From positions 1 through 55,237 of the IMG/VR virus record IMGVR_UViG_3300020201_000024: a DNA stretch of 55,237 nucleotides; one strand, written 5' to 3'. Every line of letters starts with the position of its first letter. Within the stretch, counting starts at the first letter, position 1. This document shows, in pieces, positions 45,412 to 54,623 of this stretch. The notes under the pieces are model-generated. The model was not told where the DNA came from and searched no databases. It was given only the letters and a program-made list of their open reading frames with translations. Both the position numbers and the translations under genes were made by a program. The DNA comes from a virus (taxonomy: Duplodnaviria > Caudoviricetes).

Positions 45412-45818
45412 CTAACAAAAATGAGCTAGTAGAGCTAAGGCCCGAAGTAGAGGCCGATAGGCCGTTTATTTTCGCTACCTGGCTTAAAGGCCTTCGCCAC
45501 GGTAACGACTACCACGGCAGTATCGAAAGCGAACCATACTTTAGGCACCAACACAGTCGAATTGAGGGCATCCTAAACGACTTCGACACCACAGTGCGAA
45601 TCTCCTGCCTCAAAGAAGACCCCTCTGTAATCTTGGGGTACTGCGTATACAAAGACACAACCCTACATTGGGTTTTTGTTAAGAAGGCGTGGCGTAAGAT
45701 TGGCCTTGCTAAAGACATGGTCCCCAAAAATATTAAAACTGTTAGTCACGTAACAAAGGTAGGCCAGGACTTGTTACGTAAGCAATCTGGCATTAAATTT
45801 AACCCTTATCTGGAGTAA
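45399..45818 (+). CDS. GNAT-like acetyltransferase-fold protein
   Basis: LRP...D..FI..TW; ILGY; LHWVFVKKAWRKIGLAK (motif A). Confidence 0.7.
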   Translation: MEDVTNKNELVELRPEVEADRPFIFATWLKGLRHGNDYHGSIESEPYFRHQHSRIEGILNDFDTTVRISCLKEDPSVILGYCVYKDTTLHWVFVKKAWRKIGLAKDMVPKNIKTVSHVTKVGQDLLRKQSGIKFNPYLE

Positions 45819-45820
45819 GT

Positions 45821-46021
45821 ATGACCGAAAAAAAGCCCCGCACTAGCGACGAGATTCAAAAAGAGTATCAACATCTCGCATTTAAAGCAGGTAATCTTCA
45901 ATATGCCATCGTAGAAAATCAAAAGGATTTGGCCCTTATCAATAGCTCGCTGCGCGACCTTAACTTTGAGTTTACCGCCGCTAAAGCCTCCGAAGCCCCT
46001 CCCGCAGGTACTGCCGAATGA
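45821..46021 (+). CDS. Hypothetical protein
   Basis: GGAG SD; 66 aa. Confidence 0.6.
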   Translation: MTEKKPRTSDEIQKEYQHLAFKAGNLQYAIVENQKDLALINSSLRDLNFEFTAAKASEAPPAGTAE

Positions 46022-46236
46022 ATCGCAAAGTAACTCAAATTTCTGTTCACCAGGTAACCCTTATCCCCAACGCCGGTAACCTCAAAAATACCATTAACCA
46101 GGGCTCTAACCCTGAGTTTAGCATGCACGCTACAGAGGTCGGCGTAGAAGTTGAATCTAAGTCTAAAAACGTATATTTCCTTGTTCCTTGGGGGAATATC
46201 ATCGCGGCTACGTTTGCCGGTCCCAAGGATGCATGA
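46018..46236 (+). CDS. Hypothetical protein
   Basis: ATGA overlaps on both sides. Confidence 0.6.
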   Translation: MNRKVTQISVHQVTLIPNAGNLKNTINQGSNPEFSMHATEVGVEVESKSKNVYFLVPWGNIIAATFAGPKDA

Positions 46237-46544
46237 GTAAGAAACTCATTGTAGAGCCGCTCAAGGATGAGCTTGGGGCTTATGTAAAGCCTCCAATTGC
46301 AGAGAAGCCCTCTATTCCTTCTGACTTGTCTATTGACGAGGAGATGGATAAGGGGCTTCTCGCTATTCACCGTTTAATGAAACAGGTTAACGAGGACGTG
46401 GTTGCTCGCTCTAATCTAAAAGAAACAGTAGTAATTTTAAAGGCTTGCATGGATATGCTTCGCGACCTTAAAAAAGCTGAGACCGACTTACTGGATACGC
46501 TCAGCGAGGATCAATTACAGGCTTACCTGGACTCTAGGAAATGA
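46233..46544 (+). CDS. Possible terminase small subunit
   Basis: Helical ~100-aa protein overlapping the terminase start; ends LSEDQL. Confidence 0.4.
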   Translation: MSKKLIVEPLKDELGAYVKPPIAEKPSIPSDLSIDEEMDKGLLAIHRLMKQVNEDVVARSNLKETVVILKACMDMLRDLKKAETDLLDTLSEDQLQAYLDSRK

Positions 46545-47956
46545 AACCCACAACCGCCTCTATTGTTAAGCGGATTAGGCGCAAGGAAGGTTACAAACCT
46601 AAGCCTATCGAGCTAGACCCTCGCTTCCCGGAACAAAATGCCTTTGTATTAGACGACGCCCGGTACCTTGACGCCCAGTGCTCCCGCCGCTCAGGCAAAA
46701 CTAACGGGCTAGTTTTAAGGTTCCTGCGCACCATGGAAAAACACCCTAAAAGCCAGTGCGTGTACATGGCCATGACATTTGACTCTGCTAAGCAGATCAT
46801 GATGCCTGCTATCCAGGAGCAGGAGGATAAGTATAAGATTGGCCTAACCTTTACCGATTCAAAGGTAAAACACCCCAATGGTGCCGTATTGCATCTTATG
46901 GGCGCAGACCAAAAGAATTTTATCAAGCGCCTCAAAGGCCGCAAATTCCCCGGCGTGGCCATTGATGAAGCCCAGGACTTTGGAGCACACTTACAATCGC
47001 TCATTGACGATGTTCTTACCCCCTCCATTGCCGACTATGCCGACGGCTGGCTTGCACTTACAGGCACTCCAGGCCCCGTACCACAGGGGTACTTTTTTGA
47101 GGTAACTCAGCAACGCAAATACGGGTACTCTCATCACTCTTGGACGATCCTTAACAATCCCTATATGCCCAACCCTGCGAGCTTCATTGCAGACCTCATC
47201 TCTAAAAGGGAGTGGGCGCATGATCATCCAACGCTGCTTAGGGAATGGCAAAACCAATGGGTGTTAGACGTACAGGCGTTGTGGGTAAGGTATAACGAAA
47301 AACTTAATAATTACGATACGTTGCCTGAAGGTAAATACACCTACGCCTTGGGCATTGATATCGGGTTTAACGATGCCGACGCCTTAGCTGTAGTGGCGTG
47401 GTCAGAAGACAGCCCGGTAACGTATCTAATAGAAGAAATTATAACAAAGAAACAAGGACTTACCGGATTGGTAGAGCAAGTACAGGGATTACGTAAAAAA
47501 TATGACTTTGCTAAGATGGTTATAGACGAAGGTGGGCTAGGTAAAAAGCTTGCCGAAGAGATGCGCCGCAGGCACTCTATACCCGTTCACCCGGCAGATA
47601 AAATGCGTAAGCAAGAGAGTGTTGAGTTTATGAATGACGCCCTGCGCCTTTCAAAGCTCAGGGCTAAAAAAGAGTCTCAATTTGCCAAAGACTCTTACCT
47701 AATCCAGATTGATTGGGACAAGTCTACCCCTAACAGGATCGTCATTAAAAAGAAACCCCACAGCGATATTATCGACGCGGTGCTGTACATTTTTAAAGAG
47801 TCCCCAGCTTTTTCCTATGAAAAACCAGTAGTTAAGGCTAAGTACGGCACTAAAGAATGGGCCGACTCCCAGCAAGACGAAATGTGGGAAAACGCTCAGA
47901 CGCACTTCTCCGAACAGGCAGACCTAGAGCGCTACAATAACGGCCAAAACGACTAA
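46541..47956 (+). CDS. terL: Terminase large subunit
   Basis: Q motif, SRRSGKT Walker A, VAIDEAQ Walker B, LTGTP, LGIDIG..D, HSDIIDA..Y nuclease motif. Confidence 0.93.
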   Translation: MKPTTASIVKRIRRKEGYKPKPIELDPRFPEQNAFVLDDARYLDAQCSRRSGKTNGLVLRFLRTMEKHPKSQCVYMAMTFDSAKQIMMPAIQEQEDKYKIGLTFTDSKVKHPNGAVLHLMGADQKNFIKRLKGRKFPGVAIDEAQDFGAHLQSLIDDVLTPSIADYADGWLALTGTPGPVPQGYFFEVTQQRKYGYSHHSWTILNNPYMPNPASFIADLISKREWAHDHPTLLREWQNQWVLDVQALWVRYNEKLNNYDTLPEGKYTYALGIDIGFNDADALAVVAWSEDSPVTYLIEEIITKKQGLTGLVEQVQGLRKKYDFAKMVIDEGGLGKKLAEEMRRRHSIPVHPADKMRKQESVEFMNDALRLSKLRAKKESQFAKDSYLIQIDWDKSTPNRIVIKKKPHSDIIDAVLYIFKESPAFSYEKPVVKAKYGTKEWADSQQDEMWENAQTHFSEQADLERYNNGQND

Positions 47957-47997
47957 AAAGTCAGTTTTTTGACCTTTTTACATGAATTTTTACTAAA

Positions 47998-48024
47998 AAT
48001 GGGCACTATATCCATATTTGAGGT
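47998..48024 (+). promoter_or_regulatory. 27-bp element AATGGGCACTATATCCATATTTGAGGT, copy 3
   Basis: Identical to 7429-7455; precedes a TTG start. Confidence 0.65.
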
Positions 48025-48030
48025 ATACAC

Positions 48031-48315
48031 TTGCTCCCATTCATGAAAGCTAAGTCGGTCGCCGGGCTCATTATCTCTAAGCGCAAGCCGGACGACGGCT
48101 CGCCCGCAGAAGCCCCCGAAGCCTCAGAAGACTCGGGCATGGATGCCTGCTCAGAGTCCCTAATCCGCGCCATTCACTCTAAAGACGCCAAAGCAGTCTC
48201 TTCTGCCTTGCGTGACCTTTTGGAGATAATGGAACCTGCGGAGGGAGAAGAATCCTTAGAAGATTCCAACACTTACGCGTCCCAGAATATTAAAGCAGCA
48301 AAGGAACAAATTTAA
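48031..48315 (+). CDS. Hypothetical head-module protein
   Basis: TTG start after GAGG. Confidence 0.65.
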   Translation: MLPFMKAKSVAGLIISKRKPDDGSPAEAPEASEDSGMDACSESLIRAIHSKDAKAVSSALRDLLEIMEPAEGEESLEDSNTYASQNIKAAKEQI

Positions 48316-48641
48316 TGGCTAATTTTTACACTACTCAAACCTCCCCAGGACTAGGAACCATCCTTACCGTTAAGGTTCCTACCCAGGACCGCTACCGCGT
48401 GTCCGGTAAGATCACTCTTCCTACCATCCCCGAAGGCGCCATGCAGTCGTCGGTTGTGGCTGTAGTCAATGTTAACGGCTCTCCCGTCTACACGGGGCAA
48501 GTAGGCGCCCGCGGCTTTGAAACCTCCCCATTCTGTAACGCTAACGACATCATCACCGTGGTGCTCAGTTCGGCTAACGTAGCAGATCAGGGTTTGAATG
48601 TAGTTAAGACTACCGTCGCTATTAGCGAAGGGGTCTCGTAA
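48315..48641 (+). CDS. Hypothetical beta-rich virion protein
   Basis: TAATG coupling; 108 aa. Confidence 0.65.
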   Translation: MANFYTTQTSPGLGTILTVKVPTQDRYRVSGKITLPTIPEGAMQSSVVAVVNVNGSPVYTGQVGARGFETSPFCNANDIITVVLSSANVADQGLNVVKTTVAISEGVS

Positions 48642-49399
48642 TGTTTAAGAAAAAGTCTAGAGGTATGCCTGAATCGCCTTCTGAGTTTTCCCTATCTCAA
48701 GCACTTGGCGCGCAGAAGTACGGCAAAAAGAAAAAAGCTTTGGGTTTTAAAGACGGCGGCTACGTAGAGCCCCAGTATGACCAATATGGGCGTAAGATTG
48801 AACGTAAATCTCGCATCCCAGGCGGCGACGGCTCGCCTAGCATTGACCCAGTAAAAGCTAAAGAGATGCAAGACGGCGCCGAAGAACCTTTTAGCTTTAA
48901 AAAATCACTCGCTAGGGGTAAAAAAGCTTTGGGTTTTAAAGACGGCGGCGCTGTTGCGGAAAGCGGGCACCCTTATAGCCGTAACCTAGGCACCCCGGCT
49001 AAGAAGCCGGATGACCACCGCCTCCCCGAGCATGAGTATATGGGCGAAAACTGGTCATATGGCGAACCTCCCCCCCGCAAGCCCGACGATAGTCGCCCCC
49101 CAATGGAGCGCTACATGGCGGACCATTTTGCAGAAGGCGGCCTAGTTGAGTCTATTGCTGAAGCCGTCATGCGCAAGATGGCAGAAGGCGGGCAAGTTGA
49201 CCTAGAGCACCATTCAGAAGAAGAGCCGAACCAGTACTACGATATGAACGAGGATACCGCTAACGAAGAGCAATACGACCTCTCTAAACAGCCCGAAGAC
49301 TCCAACCAGAAGGGCGACGACGAAGAGGACGAAGAATCAGATAAGCATGGCATGGTGTCGGCTATCCGCTCCAAAATGAAGGCTAAGAAAGGCCGCTAA
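48641..49399 (+). CDS. Disordered acidic protein with four FKDGG/FAEGG/MAEGG motifs
   Basis: Direct repeat aaaaaagctttgggttttaaagacggcggc near 48731 and 48920. Confidence 0.7.
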   Translation: MFKKKSRGMPESPSEFSLSQALGAQKYGKKKKALGFKDGGYVEPQYDQYGRKIERKSRIPGGDGSPSIDPVKAKEMQDGAEEPFSFKKSLARGKKALGFKDGGAVAESGHPYSRNLGTPAKKPDDHRLPEHEYMGENWSYGEPPPRKPDDSRPPMERYMADHFAEGGLVESIAEAVMRKMAEGGQVDLEHHSEEEPNQYYDMNEDTANEEQYDLSKQPEDSNQKGDDEEDEESDKHGMVSAIRSKMKAKKGR

Positions 49400-49400
49400 C

Positions 49401-49649
49401 TTGAGCCTCCCAAGCGCAAAAGACCTTAAGCAGCTTGCCAAAGCCTGCCGCGCGGTAGGTATTACCTCGTTTGAAGGCGACGGCATCAAGTTTACGCTAG
49501 GCCCTATTGAAGCTGCCCCATCAAAACCGCCTACTGGCACCCAGGCCCCTGATTTGGGTGCCAATGAGGTTGATTCGGACGAACTATCTCAAGACGCCTT
49601 GCTTTTCTGGAGCACTGGCGGTGAAAGCGAATCTCAGGAGAATGCGTGA
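49401..49649 (+). CDS. Hypothetical protein
   Basis: 82 aa; overlaps the portal start. Confidence 0.6.
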   Translation: MSLPSAKDLKQLAKACRAVGITSFEGDGIKFTLGPIEAAPSKPPTGTQAPDLGANEVDSDELSQDALLFWSTGGESESQENA

Positions 49650-51562
49650 AAGTCACAAATGTTGAAGTTAAATCCTCTGTAACGCTCAACACTTCCGGCA
49701 AAAAGGCTAAGGATCAAAAAACTTTTCAATGGTGGCTTGCTAAGAACGATCGAGACCTGTGCTCTGAGCTACTAAGCACCGCCGCCTTTCTTAAAGAATC
49801 TCAAAACTTCCGCTATAAGCAATCCGCAGTATACGCAAAGCTGTACGGTAACATGAGCTTGTTTTCGTTTCTAGGCGCCTCTGCCTCTAAGATGGATGCC
49901 CCGCAAGGGCTGCCGTCGGATCGACCCACGTTCAACATCATTCAATCCGCCGCCGACACCCTGGTATCACGCATCTCCCAGTCTCGCCCCACGCCAGTAT
50001 TTCTAACCGACAACAGCGACTACAAAGAACGTAACCTCGCGAAAAAACTCAATAATTTCATTTTAGGAGAGTTTTACCAGACTAAGTCTTATGATAAGGG
50101 CGTCATCATGCTTCGCGACGCCCTGGTAACGGGTACCGGCTGCCTAAAGGTCTTTCGTACCGAAGACGATAAGGTAGGAGTAGAGCGGGTACTTAACACC
50201 GAGCTACTTGTAGACCCTAATGAAGCTATTTACGGCGAACCTCGTCAACTACACCAGCTTAAGTTGGTTGACCGGCGCGTACTCATGGCGGCTAACCCTA
50301 AGTTTAAAAAAGAAATTGAAGCTGCTGACCGCGCCTATGTGGACAACTCCGCAGACTCTGCCCGAAGCGTTTCTGATTTAGTGCTGGTAGTAGAGGGCTG
50401 GCATCTTAAGTCAGGTTCTAAGGCTACAGACGGACGCCACACCCTCGCGTGCTCCTCTGGTATCATTTTTGATGAAGAATACACCAAAGACAAATTTCCC
50501 TTTGTTTTCCTGCACTACTCCCCTCGCCTCCTAGGCTTTTGGGCTCAAGGCTTGGCGGAGCAGCTTATGGGCACACAGCTAGAAGTCAACTCCCTCCTAT
50601 ATACTATCTCCCGCGCTATCAAGCTTGTAGGTGTCCCTCGCGTGTTTCAGGAAATGGGTTCCAAGGTTGTCCGCTCTCATCACAATAATGAGATTGGCGT
50701 CATCATCACCTACCAAGGCACCAAGCCTACCTATGAGGTCGCCCAGTGCGTCCCAGAGGAGCTATACGCCCAGCTACAGCGTCTTATCGGGTACGGGTAC
50801 CAACAGTGTGGCGTAAGCGCCCTGGAAGCCTCTGCACAAAAACCGGCAGGACTTAACTCGGGAGAAGCCATTAGGAGCTATGATGACATTTCTACAGATC
50901 GCTTTGCTTCCTTGTCTCGTCGATACGATAATGCTTTTGTTGACCTTGCATATCTTGTGGTCGACGCCGCCAAGGACATTGCAGACGATACGGGCGAGTA
51001 TCAAACCGTCTACCCCGGCAAGAACGGCGTTAAGCAAGTAGACTTGCCCAACGCGTCCCTTCTACAAGACCCTTTTGTAATTCAAGCGTTTAACATGTCC
51101 AGCCTCCCACGTGACCCCGCAGGCCGCATGCAAAAAGTCACCGAGATGATCCAGGCCGGTATGATTACCCTCAAAGAAGGCCGCCGCCTCCTAGACTTCC
51201 AAGACTTGAGTCAAATCGAGACCTTAGCTAATGCATCCGAAGAACGTATCTTTCAGATGCTTGACGCCATTATTGAAGACGGCACCTATAGCCCTCCAGA
51301 CCCCTTCCTAGACCTAGACCTAGCCTCTGAGCTTACCGTGCAGTACATCAATCTGTATGGTGCCGCTAAGCTTGAAGAGGAAAAGATGCAACAGCTACGC
51401 GACTACTTCACGCAAATACAGGAGCTAAAGCAGGCCGCTGCACCGCCTCCTATGGAGGCCCCTCCAGGAGACCCTAGCGGCGCCGCACCGGGCCAAGCTC
51501 CTATGGCCTCCCCAGAGGCTATGCCTACGTCAAGCCTAATTCCTAATGGAGCGATTCAGTAA
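49646..51562 (+). CDS. Portal protein
   Basis: 638 aa between terminase and capsid; DALVTGTG..KV, FPFV......GFW.QGLAE.L, SGEAI; proline-rich tail. Confidence 0.85.
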   Translation: MKVTNVEVKSSVTLNTSGKKAKDQKTFQWWLAKNDRDLCSELLSTAAFLKESQNFRYKQSAVYAKLYGNMSLFSFLGASASKMDAPQGLPSDRPTFNIIQSAADTLVSRISQSRPTPVFLTDNSDYKERNLAKKLNNFILGEFYQTKSYDKGVIMLRDALVTGTGCLKVFRTEDDKVGVERVLNTELLVDPNEAIYGEPRQLHQLKLVDRRVLMAANPKFKKEIEAADRAYVDNSADSARSVSDLVLVVEGWHLKSGSKATDGRHTLACSSGIIFDEEYTKDKFPFVFLHYSPRLLGFWAQGLAEQLMGTQLEVNSLLYTISRAIKLVGVPRVFQEMGSKVVRSHHNNEIGVIITYQGTKPTYEVAQCVPEELYAQLQRLIGYGYQQCGVSALEASAQKPAGLNSGEAIRSYDDISTDRFASLSRRYDNAFVDLAYLVVDAAKDIADDTGEYQTVYPGKNGVKQVDLPNASLLQDPFVIQAFNMSSLPRDPAGRMQKVTEMIQAGMITLKEGRRLLDFQDLSQIETLANASEERIFQMLDAIIEDGTYSPPDPFLDLDLASELTVQYINLYGAAKLEEEKMQQLRDYFTQIQELKQAAAPPPMEAPPGDPSGAAPGQAPMASPEAMPTSSLIPNGAIQ

Positions 51563-51673
51563 TCTACTAAATCCATTTATATATGAATAGATACAGGAAG
51601 TATCCAAGGCGAGTGGGCCTTACCTACTCAACATAGAAGCGACTTTAATAACCCAGCAAGGAAACCCCTAACC

Positions 51674-52720
51674 ATGTCTTTTTCAACCGTACCCAAAGCT
51701 GCCCCGTCCCCCGTCCCAGGCGCCCTTAACCCCGTCCCAGGCGCCCCTCAGAGCGCTAAAGAACGTGCTATCGCAGCGTTTAAAGCGGCTGCCCCCGCCG
51801 CCGTCGCCCCCCCTGAGTCCGTAGAAGCGTCCGAGTCTCCAGAAGCTGAGGCACTAAATCCTACTATTGAAGGCAAGTCTTCTGAAACCCTCCCCGAAGT
51901 ACCCGAGAAGGTTGAGGATAACAAGCTTTCATCGCAATATGCCCAGCTTGCCCGCAAAGAGAAAGCAATCCGCGCGCAAGCCATGCAAGTCAAGGCTCAG
52001 AATGATGCCCTTGCCGCTCGCGAAGCCTCTATCAAGGCTAAAGAAGCGGAACTATCGGGGGATAGCTATATCCCCAAGGCCAAACTCACGGCAGACACTA
52101 TGCGGGTTCTACAAGAGGCCGGTATCTCTTATGAGCAGATTACCCAAATGGCGCTCAATGCTCCCTCGCAAGAGGAGCAGCAATATGAGTCTAAAATCTC
52201 AGCCTTGGAAGCTAAGATCTTAGCCCTAGAAGAGGGCCAAACTAAGGTAACTAAAAACATTGAGGACAGCCAACAGAATGCCTATAAACAGGCAGTGAGT
52301 CAGATCCGCGCCGACGCTAAGCAATTGGTATATACCTCAGAAGAGTTTGAAACTATTAAGGAAACTAACTCTGTTAATGAAGTAGTGGACCTCATTACCC
52401 AAACATTCGAGAAGGGCATGGGAGACGAATACCCTAAAGGAACGCTGCTTACTGTAGAGCAAGCCGCGCAGATGGTAGAGGATCATCTGTACGAAGAAGC
52501 TTTTAAACTTACGAAACTTAAGAAAATCCAAAAGCGGATGTCTGAGAATGCTGTTGCAACAGCTTCAAAAGAAGCCGCCGCCAAGCAAGGCGACCCTGAA
52601 CAGCAAAGCGGTGCAAAGTCAGTCACCATGAAAACGCTAACTAACAAAGACGGCAGTGCTCGGAAGCTAACAGCGAGCGAACGCGCTATCCTTGCTTTTA
52701 AAGGCGAACTAAGAAAATAA
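51674..52720 (+). CDS. Scaffolding protein
   Basis: Acidic coiled-coil between portal and capsid; related ERAIAAFK/ERAILAFK motif at both ends. Confidence 0.75.
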   Translation: MSFSTVPKAAPSPVPGALNPVPGAPQSAKERAIAAFKAAAPAAVAPPESVEASESPEAEALNPTIEGKSSETLPEVPEKVEDNKLSSQYAQLARKEKAIRAQAMQVKAQNDALAAREASIKAKEAELSGDSYIPKAKLTADTMRVLQEAGISYEQITQMALNAPSQEEQQYESKISALEAKILALEEGQTKVTKNIEDSQQNAYKQAVSQIRADAKQLVYTSEEFETIKETNSVNEVVDLITQTFEKGMGDEYPKGTLLTVEQAAQMVEDHLYEEAFKLTKLKKIQKRMSENAVATASKEAAAKQGDPEQQSGAKSVTMKTLTNKDGSARKLTASERAILAFKGELRK

Positions 52721-52768
52721 CTAAGCATATCGCATAGTTATCATTTAAAATAAGAAAGTAGACACACC

Positions 52769-54070
52769 ATGGGCGCAGTTTATGCAAATAGTTCCAATCA
52801 GATCGCGAGTTTGAAAGAACTCTATAAAGATGACTCCGATTACATGAAGGATATGGTTTATAAAGAAAACCCCTTCCTTGCCCTCGTCCCTAAGAACGAG
52901 TCTCCAGACGGGTTTGCCGGTAAGTACATCCCGGTCCCCCTCGAATACGGCACTCCTCAAGGTCGCGCGCACACTTTCGCTAATGCCCAGAATCAACAGA
53001 CGGCAACGTCTCTGGCTAGCTTCTTTGTGTATGTGATTCAGGATTATCAACTCGTTACGATTACCAATCTCTTGATGGAACAGACCAAATCCGACGCAGG
53101 CGCGTTTGTGGATGCGGCTAAGCTCCAGATGGACGGCGGTTTCCGCAACATCACTAACAACATCGCTTTCGAAATCTTCGGCAGCGGTACCGCCACGCGC
53201 GGCATCTCTGCCATTACCTCCAGCCAGGTCGGCGGTGTTGCTCCTAGCGGCGTGACCCTTCCTTTGACCAACTCGAATTCGGTTGTTGCGTTTGAAATTG
53301 GCATGTTGCTCGTGGCTTCGGCTACGGACGGCGGCGCCCCTTCGTCGGATACCGTGTTGATTACGGAAGTGAACCGCGCCAGCGGTGTGATTAAAGGTAC
53401 GGCTTCGGCGGCGGTTCTTTCCGCTAACTGGGCAATCGGTACCGCAATTGCGTATCTCTCCATCTCGGGAGATATCCCCCTCTCTGGCGCAGTGAACACC
53501 GGCAGCTTCCTGGCCCTTTCCGGCCTTGCTGCTTGGATTCCTGTAACCTCTCCTGCTCCTACTGACAACTTCTGGGGTGTTAACCGCAGCGCCGACCCGA
53601 CCCGCCTTGCCGGTCTTCGGTTCGATGCTCGCGCTTACACCATTGAAGAAGGCATGACCAACGCGCTTGCTTTCAGCAATCGTGAAGGCGCTAAGCCTGA
53701 CCTGTGCATCATGGACTTCGCGTCCTATGCCGCACTCGTTAACGCTTTGGGTGCTAAGGTTCAGTACGTTCAAGTTAACCATGACGAAGTTGAAGTAGCT
53801 TTTGAAGGTATCACCTTCCAGAGCGCCTATGGCCGCGTCACGGTGCTCGCGGATCGTAGCTGCCCTCCCCAGACTGCATACCTCCTCACTATGTCGACTT
53901 GGAAGCTCCGCTCGCTCGGTAAAGTCCCCCACATCCTCACTTACGGAATGGAAGGGCTTGAAGGCCTCCGCGTCGGCAATGCGGATGCTCTGGAAATCCG
54001 CATCGGCTACTACGGGAATTTGATTTGCTCAGCACCCGGCTTTAACTGCGTGGTCCAGCTTAGCAACTAA
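52769..54070 (+). CDS. Major capsid protein
   Basis: 433 aa after the scaffold; LKELY...NPFLALV; codon bias typical of highly expressed genes; followed by a terminator. Confidence 0.88.
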   Translation: MGAVYANSSNQIASLKELYKDDSDYMKDMVYKENPFLALVPKNESPDGFAGKYIPVPLEYGTPQGRAHTFANAQNQQTATSLASFFVYVIQDYQLVTITNLLMEQTKSDAGAFVDAAKLQMDGGFRNITNNIAFEIFGSGTATRGISAITSSQVGGVAPSGVTLPLTNSNSVVAFEIGMLLVASATDGGAPSSDTVLITEVNRASGVIKGTASAAVLSANWAIGTAIAYLSISGDIPLSGAVNTGSFLALSGLAAWIPVTSPAPTDNFWGVNRSADPTRLAGLRFDARAYTIEEGMTNALAFSNREGAKPDLCIMDFASYAALVNALGAKVQYVQVNHDEVEVAFEGITFQSAYGRVTVLADRSCPPQTAYLLTMSTWKLRSLGKVPHILTYGMEGLEGLRVGNADALEIRIGYYGNLICSAPGFNCVVQLSN

Positions 54071-54094
54071 GTTACTGTAATTATTAGATAAACT

Positions 54095-54128
54095 AAGGGC
54101 CCCGGGTCAATGACTCGGGGCCTTTTTT
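54095..54128 (+). terminator. Rho-independent terminator after the capsid gene
   Basis: GGGCCCCGGGTC-AAT-GACTCGGGGCCT followed by a T tract. Confidence 0.85.
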
Positions 54129-54213
54129 ATTTGTAGTGACCAATATTGTCCCTCCTGCCTAAAAGTTATACAATATCGCACCTTAACAGTACAGTAATTT
54201 TAACCCTCTACTT

Positions 54214-54229
54214 TGGCACAGACCCTGCA
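54214..54229 (+). promoter_or_regulatory. Sigma54-type (-24/-12) promoter
   Basis: TGGCACAGACCCTGCA gives GG-N10-GC spacing; GGAGG SD downstream. Confidence 0.55.
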
Positions 54230-54255
54230 ACACTTAGTATCATATCGGAGGATTT

Positions 54256-54360
54256 ATGATTAAACTGTTGCGGTTCATGATTAAACTAGGCTACTGGGGT
54301 AAAAGACACAAAGTACGTAACGATATTATCTTAGTTTCACTTTTTGTGATGGGAGTATAA
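54256..54360 (+). CDS. Small hypothetical protein (34 aa)
   Basis: GGAGG SD; stops 1 nt before the next ATG. Confidence 0.5.
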   Translation: MIKLLRFMIKLGYWGKRHKVRNDIILVSLFVMGV

Positions 54361-54361
54361 C

Positions 54362-54622
54362 ATGCTAGATAAATATAAAGAACAAGTCCTACTCGTCCAG
54401 ATGGAAAAAGCCCTCCTCGCCCTTGGCCCAGAAGCCTTTCTTGAACTGGTACATGAGACTTACGGACGAGCAAAGCTAAGCGTGTCTGAAGACTTGGACG
54501 ACGGCGCCGCAGGTAACATGGCTCGCCATGAGGCCGCAATTGAGTGTATTATTTTAAACTTGGAAGACTCTAATGACGGGGAATCCCCTGAAGACGAAGT
54601 CAATTTTTTGGATCAAGGTTAA
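54362..54622 (+). CDS. Acidic hypothetical protein
   Basis: GGGAG SD; 86 aa. Confidence 0.65.
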   Translation: MLDKYKEQVLLVQMEKALLALGPEAFLELVHETYGRAKLSVSEDLDDGAAGNMARHEAAIECIILNLEDSNDGESPEDEVNFLDQG

Positions 54623-54623
54623 T

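Noticed and set aside
48001-48015. T7-type RNA polymerase promoter (CACTATA)
   Set aside because: No single-subunit RNA polymerase gene was recognised and the upstream T7 specificity region is absent; kept only as an unexplained motif.
52745-53932. 395-aa antisense ORF over the capsid gene
   Set aside because: Typical antisense shadow of a gene with strong codon bias; no recognisable motifs.
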